NCBI GenBank assembly: GCA_937921735.1
Contig: CAKZTQ010000011.1
Location: 18,333-82,332 of the forward strand
DNA: 64,000 nt
DNA from: an uncultured archaeon
Lineage (GTDB): Archaea; Hadarchaeota; Hadarchaeia; Hadarchaeales; Hadarchaeaceae
Reading direction: 5' to 3'
Of this stretch, positions 23,835 through 33,505 are shown in pieces; position 1 is the stretch's first letter, and the number at the start of each line of letters is the position of its first letter. The notes beneath the pieces are model-generated. The model did no database searches and was not told the origin of the DNA. It saw only the letters and a list, made by a program, of their open reading frames with translations. Position numbers and translations under genes: made by a program.

Positions 23835-26138
23835 TTATCGGCATTTGTAAAGGGGGTTCTTGCTTCCGCCGCCAAGCTCCCGCAGGACTAAAATGGTGGG
23901 TAGGATCACGAGCGCCACGACCAACCCGTAAGATATCACGAGCGCCGTAAGGATGCCGAACCTCCTCATCGCGGGCATGCCGGAGAGCGAGAGCACCGCG
24001 AACACCCCTATGGTTGTCGCCGCGGCCGCCAGTATTGCCGTGCCCACTCCCGCGACCGCCTTCGCCGCGGCTTGCCATGGCTCAGCTTCGCCCCTCTCTT
24101 CCTCGAAGCGAAAGATCATGTGGACGGTGTAATCGACGCCTAGCCCTATGATCAGAGCTGAGATACCCATCGTCAGCACGTCGAGGGGCCAGCCGAGCAG
24201 CCTCAACGTACCGAATTCCCAGCTCATGGCGAGCACGAGCGGCATCAGTGCGATCAACCCGGTCGTCAGCGACCTGAAGAAGATGGCTAAGACGGCGAAA
24301 CAAAGCAGGATGGCCAGCGCCGTGGAGCGGTACAAGGTGGGGCCTATGCTGTCAAGGATATCGCTGAGCACGACCGGTTCCCCCCCGACGGCCGGTTCGC
24401 CATCGATGGTCAGGTCTAGTGCTTGACCGACGTGCGCTTCCACGTTGGACCTGACTATCTCAGTCGTCAACTTGCCCTCTTCGTCCGTCCTCGCGCTAAC
24501 GAAGAAGTACATCACGGCCAGACCATCGCTAAGGAGTCTCTCTCTGGTGGCTGGGTCCAGGCGCTGGATGACTGCCGATACCTCAGCATCGTTCGCAGGC
24601 ATTTGACCGCCGGCCGCGAGTATCACCGCATCGGCCAAGCTCCAAGAGCTTTTTATGAGGCCTCTGCTGGCATTGCGTTGATCCTTGAGCACGGCTTCTC
24701 GCAGGGCGAGCATCTCCCTCAGCCCTTGGACGCTCGTCACCTCACCTCTGGCGAGGACGAAGATCGCCGATCGTTGGCCGAATCTATCGCTTATCTGGTA
24801 AGCCGTGGCCACGGATTCAATGTCCTTGGGCAGGAACAGCTCCACCGACATCGTCGTGGGTATGCCTACCGCGGAGATGGAACACACTACCGTGGCCAAA
24901 GCCGCGCCCGCGATTATCAACCTCCAATGGCGGCCCACGCGGAGGGCAGCGGTAGCGAGCAGTCCCTGGACGCGCCCCCTCCGCTTTGCGGCCCTCGCGC
25001 TCGCGGAGTTCACCTTTCGTCCATCTCTGATCGCCAATATCGCCGGTAAGAAAGTGAGCGACAGCACCAAGTTGAATAGGATCCCCAACGCGGCGAAGGC
25101 GCCCAATGTCTTGAACGGCACGAGCTCCGAACTCATGAACGAGCTGAATCCCACCATCGTCGTGACGGCGGAGGTGGAGACCGCGACGCCCACCTTCGTG
25201 ACCGAGGTCAGGATAGCCCTATCCGCTCGAGGGGTTCTCCCGCGCTCCTGATAGTAGCGGTTGAGGATGTAGATTGCATAGTCCACCCCCAAGCCGAGGA
25301 GGAGCGGCACGAGCGCGACGTGGAACACGGTGAAGCTCAACCCGAGATGCCCCATTACGCCGAGCGCCCACATCGAACCCAAGGCGACGGTCGAGAGGGC
25401 GATGGGGATATCCGAGGCGCGCCTGAAGGCTAGGAAGAGGATGACCAAAACGAGTAGGCCCGCTGCCGGGATCAGGAGGCGATTGTCCCTGTCCATCATG
25501 CCGTAAATGTCCTCCCGTATGACGATGTCTCCCGTCACCTTGGCCAGTAGCCCTTCGTTCGAGGAATTGAAGTCGCGTACGTGCCGCCTGATGGCATCGA
25601 TGATCACCGCATGCTCGTTCTCTGGTAGCTCACCCTTCAATGTTACCGTGACCAGCGCCGCCTTCTGGTCGCCCGTTATTAACTTTCCCACGACTCCCAT
25701 CGCCACCTCGGGCCTAGCCAGTAGCGATTGCACGCCCGCCTCGAGCAAGGGATCAGGGGGCAGCACTCCGCCCGTGGCTTCGAGGATGGGTGGAATCACA
25801 TAGTCGGTGTAAGCCTCCACTAGTGTAACGAAGTTCTCCAGATCCTCGTCGGACAGCATCGAGTCTTTGAGTTGAAGTATAGCGCGGATCGTCTCAGCGC
25901 GCGTGAGGTTGTCCCCTTCGACGAGTATCTGCACGTAGGAAACTTTGCCGAACTCGTCCTCGAACGCGAGCTTCGCCTTAACGGCCGGGTTGTCCTCCGG
26001 GAGGAATTCGCTGAAGTCCGTGGTCATCGAGAGCCTCGCGACTCCGCAAGCCATGAAAGCGCTCACCACGGCCACGCAAGCGAGCACTAGGAACGGTCTG
26101 CTTATGACGATCTTCGCGATCCACGGCATGCCCTGCAT
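23835..26138 (-). CDS. RND-superfamily MMPL/HAE3-type exporter
   Basis: 767 aa. Two repeats of a 6-TM bundle plus a large loop. GVDYAIY / GVDYTVH motifs typical of MMPL/SSD transporters. Confidence 0.7.
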   Translation of the reverse strand: MQGMPWIAKIVISRPFLVLACVAVVSAFMACGVARLSMTTDFSEFLPEDNPAVKAKLAFEDEFGKVSYVQILVEGDNLTRAETIRAILQLKDSMLSDEDLENFVTLVEAYTDYVIPPILEATGGVLPPDPLLEAGVQSLLARPEVAMGVVGKLITGDQKAALVTVTLKGELPENEHAVIIDAIRRHVRDFNSSNEGLLAKVTGDIVIREDIYGMMDRDNRLLIPAAGLLVLVILFLAFRRASDIPIALSTVALGSMWALGVMGHLGLSFTVFHVALVPLLLGLGVDYAIYILNRYYQERGRTPRADRAILTSVTKVGVAVSTSAVTTMVGFSSFMSSELVPFKTLGAFAALGILFNLVLSLTFLPAILAIRDGRKVNSASARAAKRRGRVQGLLATAALRVGRHWRLIIAGAALATVVCSISAVGIPTTMSVELFLPKDIESVATAYQISDRFGQRSAIFVLARGEVTSVQGLREMLALREAVLKDQRNASRGLIKSSWSLADAVILAAGGQMPANDAEVSAVIQRLDPATRERLLSDGLAVMYFFVSARTDEEGKLTTEIVRSNVEAHVGQALDLTIDGEPAVGGEPVVLSDILDSIGPTLYRSTALAILLCFAVLAIFFRSLTTGLIALMPLVLAMSWEFGTLRLLGWPLDVLTMGISALIIGLGVDYTVHMIFRFEEERGEAEPWQAAAKAVAGVGTAILAAAATTIGVFAVLSLSGMPAMRRFGILTALVISYGLVVALVILPTILVLRELGGGSKNPLYKCR

Positions 26139-26269
26139 TTTTCGCCCCCCGCCAAGGGTTGACCTATCTTTTCTTTTAAGGTTTGGAGGTAGGTTGCTAT
26201 GGGAGAAGGATGGCGAGGTCGAGGTCAGCGAATTCTTTTATTTTATCGAACGAAGGCCAAGTCGATGGG

Positions 26270-27115
26270 ATGCGGCTTACAGTTTTGGTCGACGATTCCA
26301 AAAACCCTTTGAGGCCAGAGCTCAGGGCGAAGCACGGGCTATCGATGTTTATCGAGCTTCGAACCGGGAAGCGCGGTATGAGCTTGCTCATGGACGCCGG
26401 GCAATCTGCAGACATCGTATTGAGAAACGCGGAAAGGCTCGGCGTCGACCTCGCGGGGGTGGGCGCGATTCTGCTGAGCCATGGCCACTACGATCATACG
26501 GGGGGTCTTCTCGGCATCTTGAGGCATATAGGCAAAACGACGCCCGTGATAGCTCACCCGAACGCGCTTGAGCAGAAGTTCACGTTTAGGCGCAGACGCC
26601 TCAAAAAGATAGGGATCCCATTTGAGGCTTCGGAGATAGAGAGATCTAACGGTATGCTATCGCTGAGCCGCGATCCCAGGCGTCTATCGCCAGAGACGTG
26701 GCTCAGCGGGGAGATCGAGAGGGTCGTACCCTTTGAGGAGGTGAAGGGATTCAAGGCGAGAAGGCAAGGCAAGCTGGTGGACGATCAGATACCCGATGAT
26801 CAGGCGCTCTTCGTTAACTTGAAGGGCAAGGGACTCGTGGCCATCACGGGCTGTGCTCATGCTGGCTTGATAAATACCGTCGTTCAAGGGCTTAAGGTGA
26901 CCGGCTCGGAGGTCGTGCACGCGATCATCGGGGGGTTCCATCTCATCGACGCGAGCGTCGCGAGGATAAGAACAACGGTCCGGGAACTACAAAGGATAGA
27001 TCCTCGAGTGGTCATGCCCTGCCACTGCACGGGGAGAAAGGCGATAGGGAAGCTCGTCGAGGCGTTCGGAGAAAAATGCAGGCAACTCAGGACCGGCGAT
27101 GGTGTAACATTTTGA
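26270..27115 (+). CDS. MBL-fold metallo-hydrolase (COG1237-like)
   Basis: MRLTVLVDD...HGLSMFIEL...LLSHGHYDHTGGL. The longest ORF starts at 26183; the internal ATG at 26270 fits the family N-terminus. Confidence 0.6.
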   Translation: MRLTVLVDDSKNPLRPELRAKHGLSMFIELRTGKRGMSLLMDAGQSADIVLRNAERLGVDLAGVGAILLSHGHYDHTGGLLGILRHIGKTTPVIAHPNALEQKFTFRRRRLKKIGIPFEASEIERSNGMLSLSRDPRRLSPETWLSGEIERVVPFEEVKGFKARRQGKLVDDQIPDDQALFVNLKGKGLVAITGCAHAGLINTVVQGLKVTGSEVVHAIIGGFHLIDASVARIRTTVRELQRIDPRVVMPCHCTGRKAIGKLVEAFGEKCRQLRTGDGVTF

Positions 27116-27128
27116 GGCGGTAAAAGCT

Positions 27129-27800
27129 CTAAGCGCGGCTAAAAGTCAGCCTCCTGCGCTTACGGTACCGCCTGAGCGGGAGCACTAAGACAGCACCGGC
27201 CAAAAAGCCACCGATATGCGCCCAGTAGGCGACGGTCGATGGAATGCGGGCTATGAGGAGCACCGACGCGCTTAGCACCTGCAGCAGGAACCAGAACCCC
27301 AGAAACGCTATGGCCGGGATCTTGACCAGGTGCCAGATGAAAAATACCGTCACCAGCGTCAGCACGTTGGCTCGAGGGTATAGCACGAGGTAGGCCCCGA
27401 GCACGCCGGAGATCGCCCCCGAAGCCCCTATGGTCGGAATGGTCGAGCTCGGGTCGGAGAGGATGTGTGCGAGGCTGGCTATCAGCCCGCTGCCCAGGTA
27501 AAGCAGCAAAAACCTCAGCCTGCCGCAGGCGTCCTCGATGTTGTCCCCGAAGATCCAGAGGTACCACATGTTCCCTATGATGTGAAGGTAGCCGCCGTGC
27601 AGGAACATCGACGTGAATAAAGTGTACAACCTTTGTCCCCGCACGATATCTCTAGGCACCATGCCGTAGCTCTCGACGATCTCCACGAAGGAGCCGGAGA
27701 GGAGGCAGCCCAAGAAGATGGCCGAGTTCAGGACTATCAGTAAGACCGTGAGGATGGGCTTGCCCTTCACCGGGTTCTCGTCCTTTAGAGGAAAGGCCAT
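27129..27800 (-). CDS. rhomboid-family intramembrane serine protease
   Basis: Motifs HGGYLHIIGNMWYLWIFG, GASGAISGVLGAY and AHIGGFLAG. The ATG at 27800 is preceded by gaggt; the longest ORF reaches 27878. Confidence 0.85.
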   Translation of the reverse strand: MAFPLKDENPVKGKPILTVLLIVLNSAIFLGCLLSGSFVEIVESYGMVPRDIVRGQRLYTLFTSMFLHGGYLHIIGNMWYLWIFGDNIEDACGRLRFLLLYLGSGLIASLAHILSDPSSTIPTIGASGAISGVLGAYLVLYPRANVLTLVTVFFIWHLVKIPAIAFLGFWFLLQVLSASVLLIARIPSTVAYWAHIGGFLAGAVLVLPLRRYRKRRRLTFSRA

Positions 27801-27808
27801 CTCGAACC

Positions 27809-28279
27809 TCACTTCGGCGCTTTTATGATGGTCACGATGTCCTCCTTGAACTTCCGGTTGGGCACCATTATTATGCATCCATCCTTGGTCTTCAGCTTTG
27901 TCGTGGTCAGGGTCATCTCAATCACCTTTCCACGTTTTCCGCCAACTTCGACCTCGCTCCCGATATCTATTAGCTTGCTGCCGATTAGGGAGATCCCGGC
28001 GAACGCGTTCGAGATCCAGATGTCCTTGAGCGTGAAGGCGAGAGCGCCCCCTAATACCCCGAACGCAGCCAGCACGCTTAGGATCATGGGGATTATGTTC
28101 CAGATGTACAGTAGGAAGATTATCAGGCACGTCGCCAAAATGATCGATACTAGGTTGGTGAGGCTTCCGTGTCCTACTAGCTTGCCTAGCTTGCGGCTTA
28201 CCAGCGTGCCAAAGAGCAACCTAAAGGCCGCGATGCTGGCGAGGATCAAGATCGTCGCCAATAGCTTGTGCGTTAGCAT
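27809..28279 (-). CDS. short MscS-like mechanosensitive-channel family protein
   Basis: 156 aa. Three TM helices then a beta-domain motif VGGKRGKVIEMTLTTTKLKTKDGCIIMVPNRKF. Lacks the usual C-terminal domain. Confidence 0.55.
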   Translation of the reverse strand: MLTHKLLATILILASIAAFRLLFGTLVSRKLGKLVGHGSLTNLVSIILATCLIIFLLYIWNIIPMILSVLAAFGVLGGALAFTLKDIWISNAFAGISLIGSKLIDIGSEVEVGGKRGKVIEMTLTTTKLKTKDGCIIMVPNRKFKEDIVTIIKAPK

Positions 28280-28344
28280 GCTGACCCAACTTGACTGGGG
28301 GGACGGATTAAATAGCTTTCACGCCGAAATAGGGTCGTGTTCGT

Positions 28345-29034
28345 ATGCTCCACTTGATATTGGCGGACGCGGAGCTCGAGACGGTCCCTCCCGAGATCGC
28401 GTCGGACCGCACCGTGCGCTGGCAAGCCCGCCGCAGGGGTAGAAGACCTACCGAGCTATTGCTCGATTCAAACTATCATTACGTTGCGATGCGACGCTTG
28501 CCTGAGGCCGACCGCCGAGGAAGGCCGGACATAGTGCACCTCTGCCTATTGCTCGCGCTGGACAGCCCCCTCAACCGCGAGGGGCTGTTGAGGCTCTACG
28601 TACACACCAGGCACGATAAGCTCGTGACCGTCGACCCCGCCACTAGAATACCCCGCGCCCAGAACCGCTTCGCGGGACTGCTGGAGCAGCTATTCCTTAT
28701 CGGCGCCGTGCCTCCTGAGAGACCTCTCCTGCGCATCGAGGATTCCTCGCTGTCAGATATCATCCGTAGGATAGGCGCGGCCAAGGTGATCACCTTCATC
28801 GAGCGGGGCGAGAAGAAGACCTATGGCGAGCTCTTTCAGGGGCTTAGCAGGGAAGACGAGGTCTGCGTCATCGTCGGCGCTTTCCCCCACGGCGACTTTC
28901 GCTCGGACGTGGCTAAGCTATCGGACGAGTTGGTGTGCGTCGACCCGGAGAGGCTAGAGGCAGCGACGGTAACAGCGAGGGCGATCTACGCGTACGAGGA
29001 GGCGTTGTCCATCCAAAAGAAGAGGCTGGGGTAA
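28345..29034 (+). CDS. nep1: rRNA small-subunit pseudouridine methyltransferase Nep1
   Basis: 229 aa. LILADAELETVP ... RGRPDIVHLCLLLALDSPLN is the Nep1/Emg1 signature. Confidence 0.85.
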   Translation: MLHLILADAELETVPPEIASDRTVRWQARRRGRRPTELLLDSNYHYVAMRRLPEADRRGRPDIVHLCLLLALDSPLNREGLLRLYVHTRHDKLVTVDPATRIPRAQNRFAGLLEQLFLIGAVPPERPLLRIEDSSLSDIIRRIGAAKVITFIERGEKKTYGELFQGLSREDEVCVIVGAFPHGDFRSDVAKLSDELVCVDPERLEAATVTARAIYAYEEALSIQKKRLG

Positions 29035-29038
29035 GTTA

Positions 29039-29380
29039 ATGCCGCGCCGGAGAGGTGGTTTGAGGTCGGACGACAAAATCATCGCCGCCGAACGTATAGA
29101 CCGCCTCTTCGAGCTGGCCGAGCAAGTATTCGAAAAGCGCCCCGCGCTGGCGGATAGGTACGTCCAGCTTGCTTGGCGGTTGGCGACTAGATACAACTTG
29201 CGCATGCCAGCCCACTTGAGGAGGAAATTCTGCAGGAAGTGCTTGTCCTTTTTGAAGCCCGGTGTCAGCTGTAGGGTGCGAACGCGCCCTCGCCCATCGC
29301 CGAGCATCGTCATCACCTGCTTGCGCTGTGGCCATCGCACGCGCGTACCTTATGGTAGAAAGGGGATTGAAAAACGTTAA
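29039..29380 (+). CDS. rnp4: RNase P protein component 4 (Rpp21/Rpr2)
   Basis: 113 aa. RIDRLFELAE...YVQLAWRLATRYNLRMP...FCRKC...CLRCGH zinc ribbon. Confidence 0.85.
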   Translation: MPRRRGGLRSDDKIIAAERIDRLFELAEQVFEKRPALADRYVQLAWRLATRYNLRMPAHLRRKFCRKCLSFLKPGVSCRVRTRPRPSPSIVITCLRCGHRTRVPYGRKGIEKR

Positions 29381-29432
29381 TAGCATCGGATTTAAAGGTT
29401 AGGTGACAAAACCCGATGAGTCCGGTGGAAAG

Positions 29433-29873
29433 ATGCTGGTAGAAGAGGTATCGCCAAGCCTCCTCATCAAACGGCTGAGCGAGGAACTCAAGAAGTTGAA
29501 GGAGTTGCAGCCCCCTCCGTGGAGCCATTACGTTAAGACGGGCGTGCACAAGCAGCGTCCCCCGGAGCAGCCCGATTGGTGGTACGTGCGCGCGGCCTCC
29601 ATCCTGAGGCGCATATACTTGGATGGACCCGTGGGCGTTTCCAGGTTGCGCACCCGCTACGGGGGCAGGCAGAGGAGGGGATCAGCGCCCGAGCACTTCA
29701 GAAAGGCGGGAGGGAAGATCATACGCGTGATCCTGCAGCAGCTGGAGCAGGCAGGGCTTGTGGCCAAGGTGGAGAAAAGTGGACGGAAGGTCACGCCTAA
29801 GGGCGAATCCTTGCTCAAGAGCACGATCAACAAGGTAAAGGCCGAACAGGCCAAAGAGCAGAAGGCGGCGTGA
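29433..29873 (+). CDS. rps19e: 30S ribosomal protein S19e
   Basis: PPWSHYVKTGVHKQRPPEQPDWWYVRAASILRRIYLDGPVGV. The ATG at 29433 is preferred over the GTG at 29403. Confidence 0.9.
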   Translation: MLVEEVSPSLLIKRLSEELKKLKELQPPPWSHYVKTGVHKQRPPEQPDWWYVRAASILRRIYLDGPVGVSRLRTRYGGRQRRGSAPEHFRKAGGKIIRVILQQLEQAGLVAKVEKSGRKVTPKGESLLKSTINKVKAEQAKEQKAA

Positions 29874-29877
29874 TGGT

Positions 29878-30210
29878 ATGGAGGAGCCCGAGGATCTGGA
29901 GGAAATCAGGAGGCGAAGGTTGCTGGAGCTTCAGGCTAGGCTGGAGGAGCAGAGACGCCAAGAAGAGCTGCGAAGGCAGTACGAAATTCAGAAAAGGTTG
30001 GCACTACAACAGATACTGACCCCCGAGGCTAGAAGCAGGTTGGCAAATATTAGGGCCGCGAGGCCAGAGTTCGCGGAGCAGATAGAGCTCCAGCTCATCC
30101 AGCTCGCTCAAGCCGGGAGGATAACGTCGCAGATCACGGACGCCCAGCTGCGGGAGATTCTGCGTAGGCTCCAGGAGCGCAGGCGTACCTTCAGGATCAG
30201 GAGGATGTGA
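29878..30210 (+). CDS. PDCD5-like dsDNA-binding protein
   Basis: 110 aa. ILTPEARSRLANIRAARPEFAEQIELQLIQLAQAGRI is the conserved family core. Confidence 0.8.
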   Translation: MEEPEDLEEIRRRRLLELQARLEEQRRQEELRRQYEIQKRLALQQILTPEARSRLANIRAARPEFAEQIELQLIQLAQAGRITSQITDAQLREILRRLQERRRTFRIRRM

Positions 30211-30211
30211 G

Positions 30212-30367
30212 ATGGCTAGGAATAAGCCGGCCCCGTTGAAGCGCAGGCTCGCGAGGGCAGCCAAGCTCGCTCAGCGCGTGCCCATATGGGTGATGGCCAA
30301 GACGCGCGGCAGGGTACGGACCAACGTCAAGAGGAGGAGCTGGCGCCGTCAGCGGATAAAGCCCTAG
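30212..30367 (+). CDS. rpl39e: 50S ribosomal protein L39e (51 aa, below ORF-track cutoff)
   Basis: Hand translation MARNKPAPLKRRLARAAKLAQRVPIWVMAKTRGRVRTNVKRRSWRRQRIKP*. Confidence 0.9.
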   Translation: MARNKPAPLKRRLARAAKLAQRVPIWVMAKTRGRVRTNVKRRSWRRQRIKP

Positions 30368-30377
30368 CGGTGATTCG

Positions 30378-30629
30378 ATGCCCGAAGAACGCATTTACGT
30401 GATCCCTTTAAGGGATGTCAGAAAGGCGCCTAGGGGTAGGCGTACCCCGCGCGCCGTCAAGATAGTGCGCGAGTTCCTGATGAGGCACATGAAGGCGAGG
30501 AAGGTCAAGATCGATGAGGGCCTAAACAAGAGGCTTTGGGAGCGGGGGATAGAGCGGACGCTCAGAAGGGTTCGCGTTCGCGCCGTGAAACAAGATGACG
30601 GCTCGGTCGAGGCCTTTTTGGCCGAGTGA
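30378..30629 (+). CDS. rpl31e: 50S ribosomal protein L31e
   Basis: 83 aa, ERIYVIPLRDVRKAPRGRRTPRAVKIVREFL.... Confidence 0.9.
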   Translation: MPEERIYVIPLRDVRKAPRGRRTPRAVKIVREFLMRHMKARKVKIDEGLNKRLWERGIERTLRRVRVRAVKQDDGSVEAFLAE

Positions 30630-30634
30630 TCGCG

Positions 30635-31297
30635 ATGCCGATTTTGCGCTTGGATTTCGGTAACCTGCCTTACCTAGGTGCCTTTGCGCTGGCGACGGAT
30701 AATGTCGTGATCTTGCCGAGTCAGCTCACGGCGCGCGATGAGCGCGTGCTCGAGGCTTTAGGTGTAGAGCCGACCAGGGCCAGCATAAACGGAAGCTCGC
30801 TGATAGGGGTCTTCGCGGCGGGCAATTCGAATGGGTTGGTGGTCACCGACCTCATAGAGCCACAGGAGGAGGCTCTCCTTAGGCGGTTGGGGGTGAAGGT
30901 GGTGCGGATATCGAGCAAGCACACGGCGATAGGCAATCTGGTGCTCGCGAACGACAAGGGGGCCATCGTCAGCCCGGATTTTCCGGATGAGGCGGTGAGG
31001 CTGATAGGCGAGGCACTTGAGGTGCCGGTCGAGCGAGGCACCATCGCAGGGCTAAAGAACGTAGGCGCGGCCGGGGTGGCGACCAACAAGGGAGCCCTAG
31101 TACATCCGGATGCGTCGGATGAGGAGATCGAATTGCTCGAGAGCATCCTGCGCGTGCCCGTAGACGTCGGTACCGCCTGTGGCGGAGTTGAATTCGTCGG
31201 CGTCTGCATCATCGCAAACTCGAAAGGTGCCCTCGTGGGAACCACCACCACAGGACCGGAGCTGGGTAGGGTGGAGAGCGCATTAGGTTTCATATGA
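30635..31297 (+). CDS. eif6: translation initiation factor 6 (aIF6)
   Basis: Five-fold pseudo-repeat with GNLVLANDKGAIVSP and GVATNKGALVHP. ATG at 30635; the ORF opens at 30626. Confidence 0.9.
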   Translation: MPILRLDFGNLPYLGAFALATDNVVILPSQLTARDERVLEALGVEPTRASINGSSLIGVFAAGNSNGLVVTDLIEPQEEALLRRLGVKVVRISSKHTAIGNLVLANDKGAIVSPDFPDEAVRLIGEALEVPVERGTIAGLKNVGAAGVATNKGALVHPDASDEEIELLESILRVPVDVGTACGGVEFVGVCIIANSKGALVGTTTTGPELGRVESALGFI

Positions 31298-31306
31298 GGT
31301 GGCGGC

Positions 31307-31507
31307 ATGCTCAAGCTGTTTCGCGTGAGGGGCTGGTTTGAACAGAAGGGGAGACGCCAGAAGTTCACAAGGGAGCTCCGCGGGCTCTCGCGGGAACACG
31401 TGATCGAACGGGTCCTATCCGAGCTTGGAAGCAGGCATAGGGTCAAGCGAAACCTTATCCACATAGAGGAAATAACAGAGGTCGAGGTAGGATCGAATGA
31501 GCGATGA
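31307..31507 (+). CDS. rplX: 50S ribosomal protein LX (L18Ae/L20A family)
   Basis: 66 aa, KLFRVRGWFEQKGRRQKFTRELRGLS.... Confidence 0.8.
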   Translation: MLKLFRVRGWFEQKGRRQKFTRELRGLSREHVIERVLSELGSRHRVKRNLIHIEEITEVEVGSNER

Positions 31508-31946
31508 GGTGGAGGGGCTTACGCCAGAGGAAAGGCAGAGGCTTCAGCGCCTGCTCGAGGAAATCGGCAACTACCAGGCTGCCGCTGATATCCTCCGCCA
31601 GCAGATCACCCTGTCTGCAGCCTCGTTGTCCGAGATCTCTGCTGAGATCGAGACGCTGAGGGCTTTGAAGGAGCTGAAACTCGAAACCGAGGTCTTGGTG
31701 GCGATCGGGCCTGACTCCTTCATCCCGGCTAAGCTGCCGCCATTAGATAAGGTGGTGGTCGGCTTGGGCGCCGGGGTGGCGGCGGAGCGAGGTGTGGATG
31801 AGGCCATAGAGATGCTCAATGCTCGCTCGGTTGAGGTAGAACAAGCCATGGAGCAGGCGCGGCAGGAGCTGGATAAGCTCGGGGAACGCATCGAGGCCCT
31901 GAGGCCAGAGGTCGAGAGGATCTTGGAAAAGGCGAGGGGAAAGTAG
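31497..31946 (+). CDS. pfdA: prefoldin alpha subunit
   Basis: 149 aa. Coiled coil, beta hairpins (VLVAIGPDSFIPAKL, VVVGLGAGVAAE), coiled coil. Confidence 0.8.
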   Translation: MSDEVEGLTPEERQRLQRLLEEIGNYQAAADILRQQITLSAASLSEISAEIETLRALKELKLETEVLVAIGPDSFIPAKLPPLDKVVVGLGAGVAAERGVDEAIEMLNARSVEVEQAMEQARQELDKLGERIEALRPEVERILEKARGK

Positions 31947-31959
31947 CAACGGGGATGGG

Positions 31960-32868
31960 ATGCTCGAGAAGCTTCGGCAGAAGCTGAAGCGGGCGATCAA
32001 GAGGGTGACCCGCCGAGAGCTACGCCCAGAGGACATCGAGGACATCGTCTGGGAGCTTCAGGTGGGGCTGTTGGAGAGCGATGTCGCCGTGCCCGTTGCG
32101 GATAAAATAATCGAGCGCGTGAAGAGCGAGCTCTCCGGTAGGAAGCTCGGCCTCAAGGAGGACCCGAAAAAGCTCGCGGATGAAGCATTGAGGGAAGCGG
32201 TGCGAGAGGTACTTTCGGCGGAGCGCAAGGTCGACCTGCTTAGGGTCATCGAGGCCAAGCGCGCGAAGGGTGAGCCGGCGGTGCTGGTGTTCGTCGGAAT
32301 CAACGGGGGAGGCAAGACGACGACCATCGCGAAACTGGCGAAGTATCTCATGGATCGAGGTTACAAGCCGGTGCTCGCCGCAGCGGACACCTTTCGCGCT
32401 GCGGGCATAGAGCAGCTGGAGATCCACGCCCAAAGGCTTGGGCTGGGGGTCATCAAACAGAGGCGGGGCGCTGATGCCGCTGCCGTCGCTTACGATGCCG
32501 TGATGCATGCCAAGGCACGAGGCTTGGACGTGGTGCTCGTCGACACCGCGGGGAGGATGCAGACGGATGTCAACCTCATGGACGAGATGCGAAAGATAGT
32601 GCGCGTCGTGAAGCCAGACCTAACGATATTCGTAGGCGACGCCCTCACCGGCAACGACGCGGTCGAGCAGGCGTCGACCTTCGATAAGGCCGTTGGGATA
32701 GACGGCTCCATCCTCTGCAAGATGGACGCCGACGCTAGGGGAGGGGCCGCGCTCTCCATCACCTACGTAACCGGGAAGCCGATCCTCTTCCTCGGGACGG
32801 GCCAGGGTTACGATGACTTGGTTGAGTTCGACCCGGAGATCATCTTAAACGCGCTCTTCGCCGACTAA
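31960..32868 (+). CDS. ftsY: signal recognition particle receptor FtsY
   Basis: 302 aa. SRP GTPase motifs GINGGGKTTTIAKLA, DTAGR and CKMDADARGGAALS. Confidence 0.9.
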   Translation: MLEKLRQKLKRAIKRVTRRELRPEDIEDIVWELQVGLLESDVAVPVADKIIERVKSELSGRKLGLKEDPKKLADEALREAVREVLSAERKVDLLRVIEAKRAKGEPAVLVFVGINGGGKTTTIAKLAKYLMDRGYKPVLAAADTFRAAGIEQLEIHAQRLGLGVIKQRRGADAAAVAYDAVMHAKARGLDVVLVDTAGRMQTDVNLMDEMRKIVRVVKPDLTIFVGDALTGNDAVEQASTFDKAVGIDGSILCKMDADARGGAALSITYVTGKPILFLGTGQGYDDLVEFDPEIILNALFAD

Positions 32869-33477
32869 CTTTCGCTCGAGCTGCTCCAAGCGCTCTTCGT
32901 ACTTCTCCTTGAGTTTCGAATATTCGTCGCGGCTCAACTTTCCTTCTTTGTACCGCCTTTTCAGTTCGGCGAGCATTTCCTTCATATGCCTCACGGTTTG
33001 CTCGAGCCTCTCCTCCCCGGTCGGCGGAGGGGGTATCCCAAGCTTTTTTAGCACCTCCTCCGGCGTTGCGCCGCGAAGATAGGCCATAGCCTCCCTCTCG
33101 CGTGCCGCTTCTATTACGACCGTGCCGGCTATGATGTCGAACAACCTCTGCCTTTTTGCGGTGGCGAGGATGGCAGCCGCGTCAAAAAGCCCGAATACGG
33201 TCGCCAGCCCCACCCTCCTCAGCAGCGCCTTTTTGAAGCCCATGCGCCCGCCGTCCTCCGTGCGCACGATTAAATTCATTATGTGTTTCCCGATGCTTTG
33301 CCCACGCCAGCCCTCCAACGCGGAAAAGTAGATCAAACTCGCGACTACTAAGGCTTGGGCGGTCACGGTGTAGGGATATGGCTCCCTCAGCAGGAGGTAG
33401 ATCGGCAAGGCCACCGCCACGGAAAGGATGAACTCGTCGATCAACCAGGCGGCTAACCGCTTCCACGGCTTGGCCAT
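32845..33477 (-). CDS. RDD-family membrane protein with C-terminal coiled-coil/SHOCT-like tail
   Basis: KRLAAWLIDEFILSV... is an RDD domain. The tail is GKLSRDEYSKLKEKYEERLEQLE. The longest ORF reaches 33534. Confidence 0.55.
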   Translation of the reverse strand: MAKPWKRLAAWLIDEFILSVAVALPIYLLLREPYPYTVTAQALVVASLIYFSALEGWRGQSIGKHIMNLIVRTEDGGRMGFKKALLRRVGLATVFGLFDAAAILATAKRQRLFDIIAGTVVIEAAREREAMAYLRGATPEEVLKKLGIPPPPTGEERLEQTVRHMKEMLAELKRRYKEGKLSRDEYSKLKEKYEERLEQLERKLVGEERV

Positions 33478-33505
33478 GAGGAGATCGATAAGCATGAGTT
33501 CGCGG

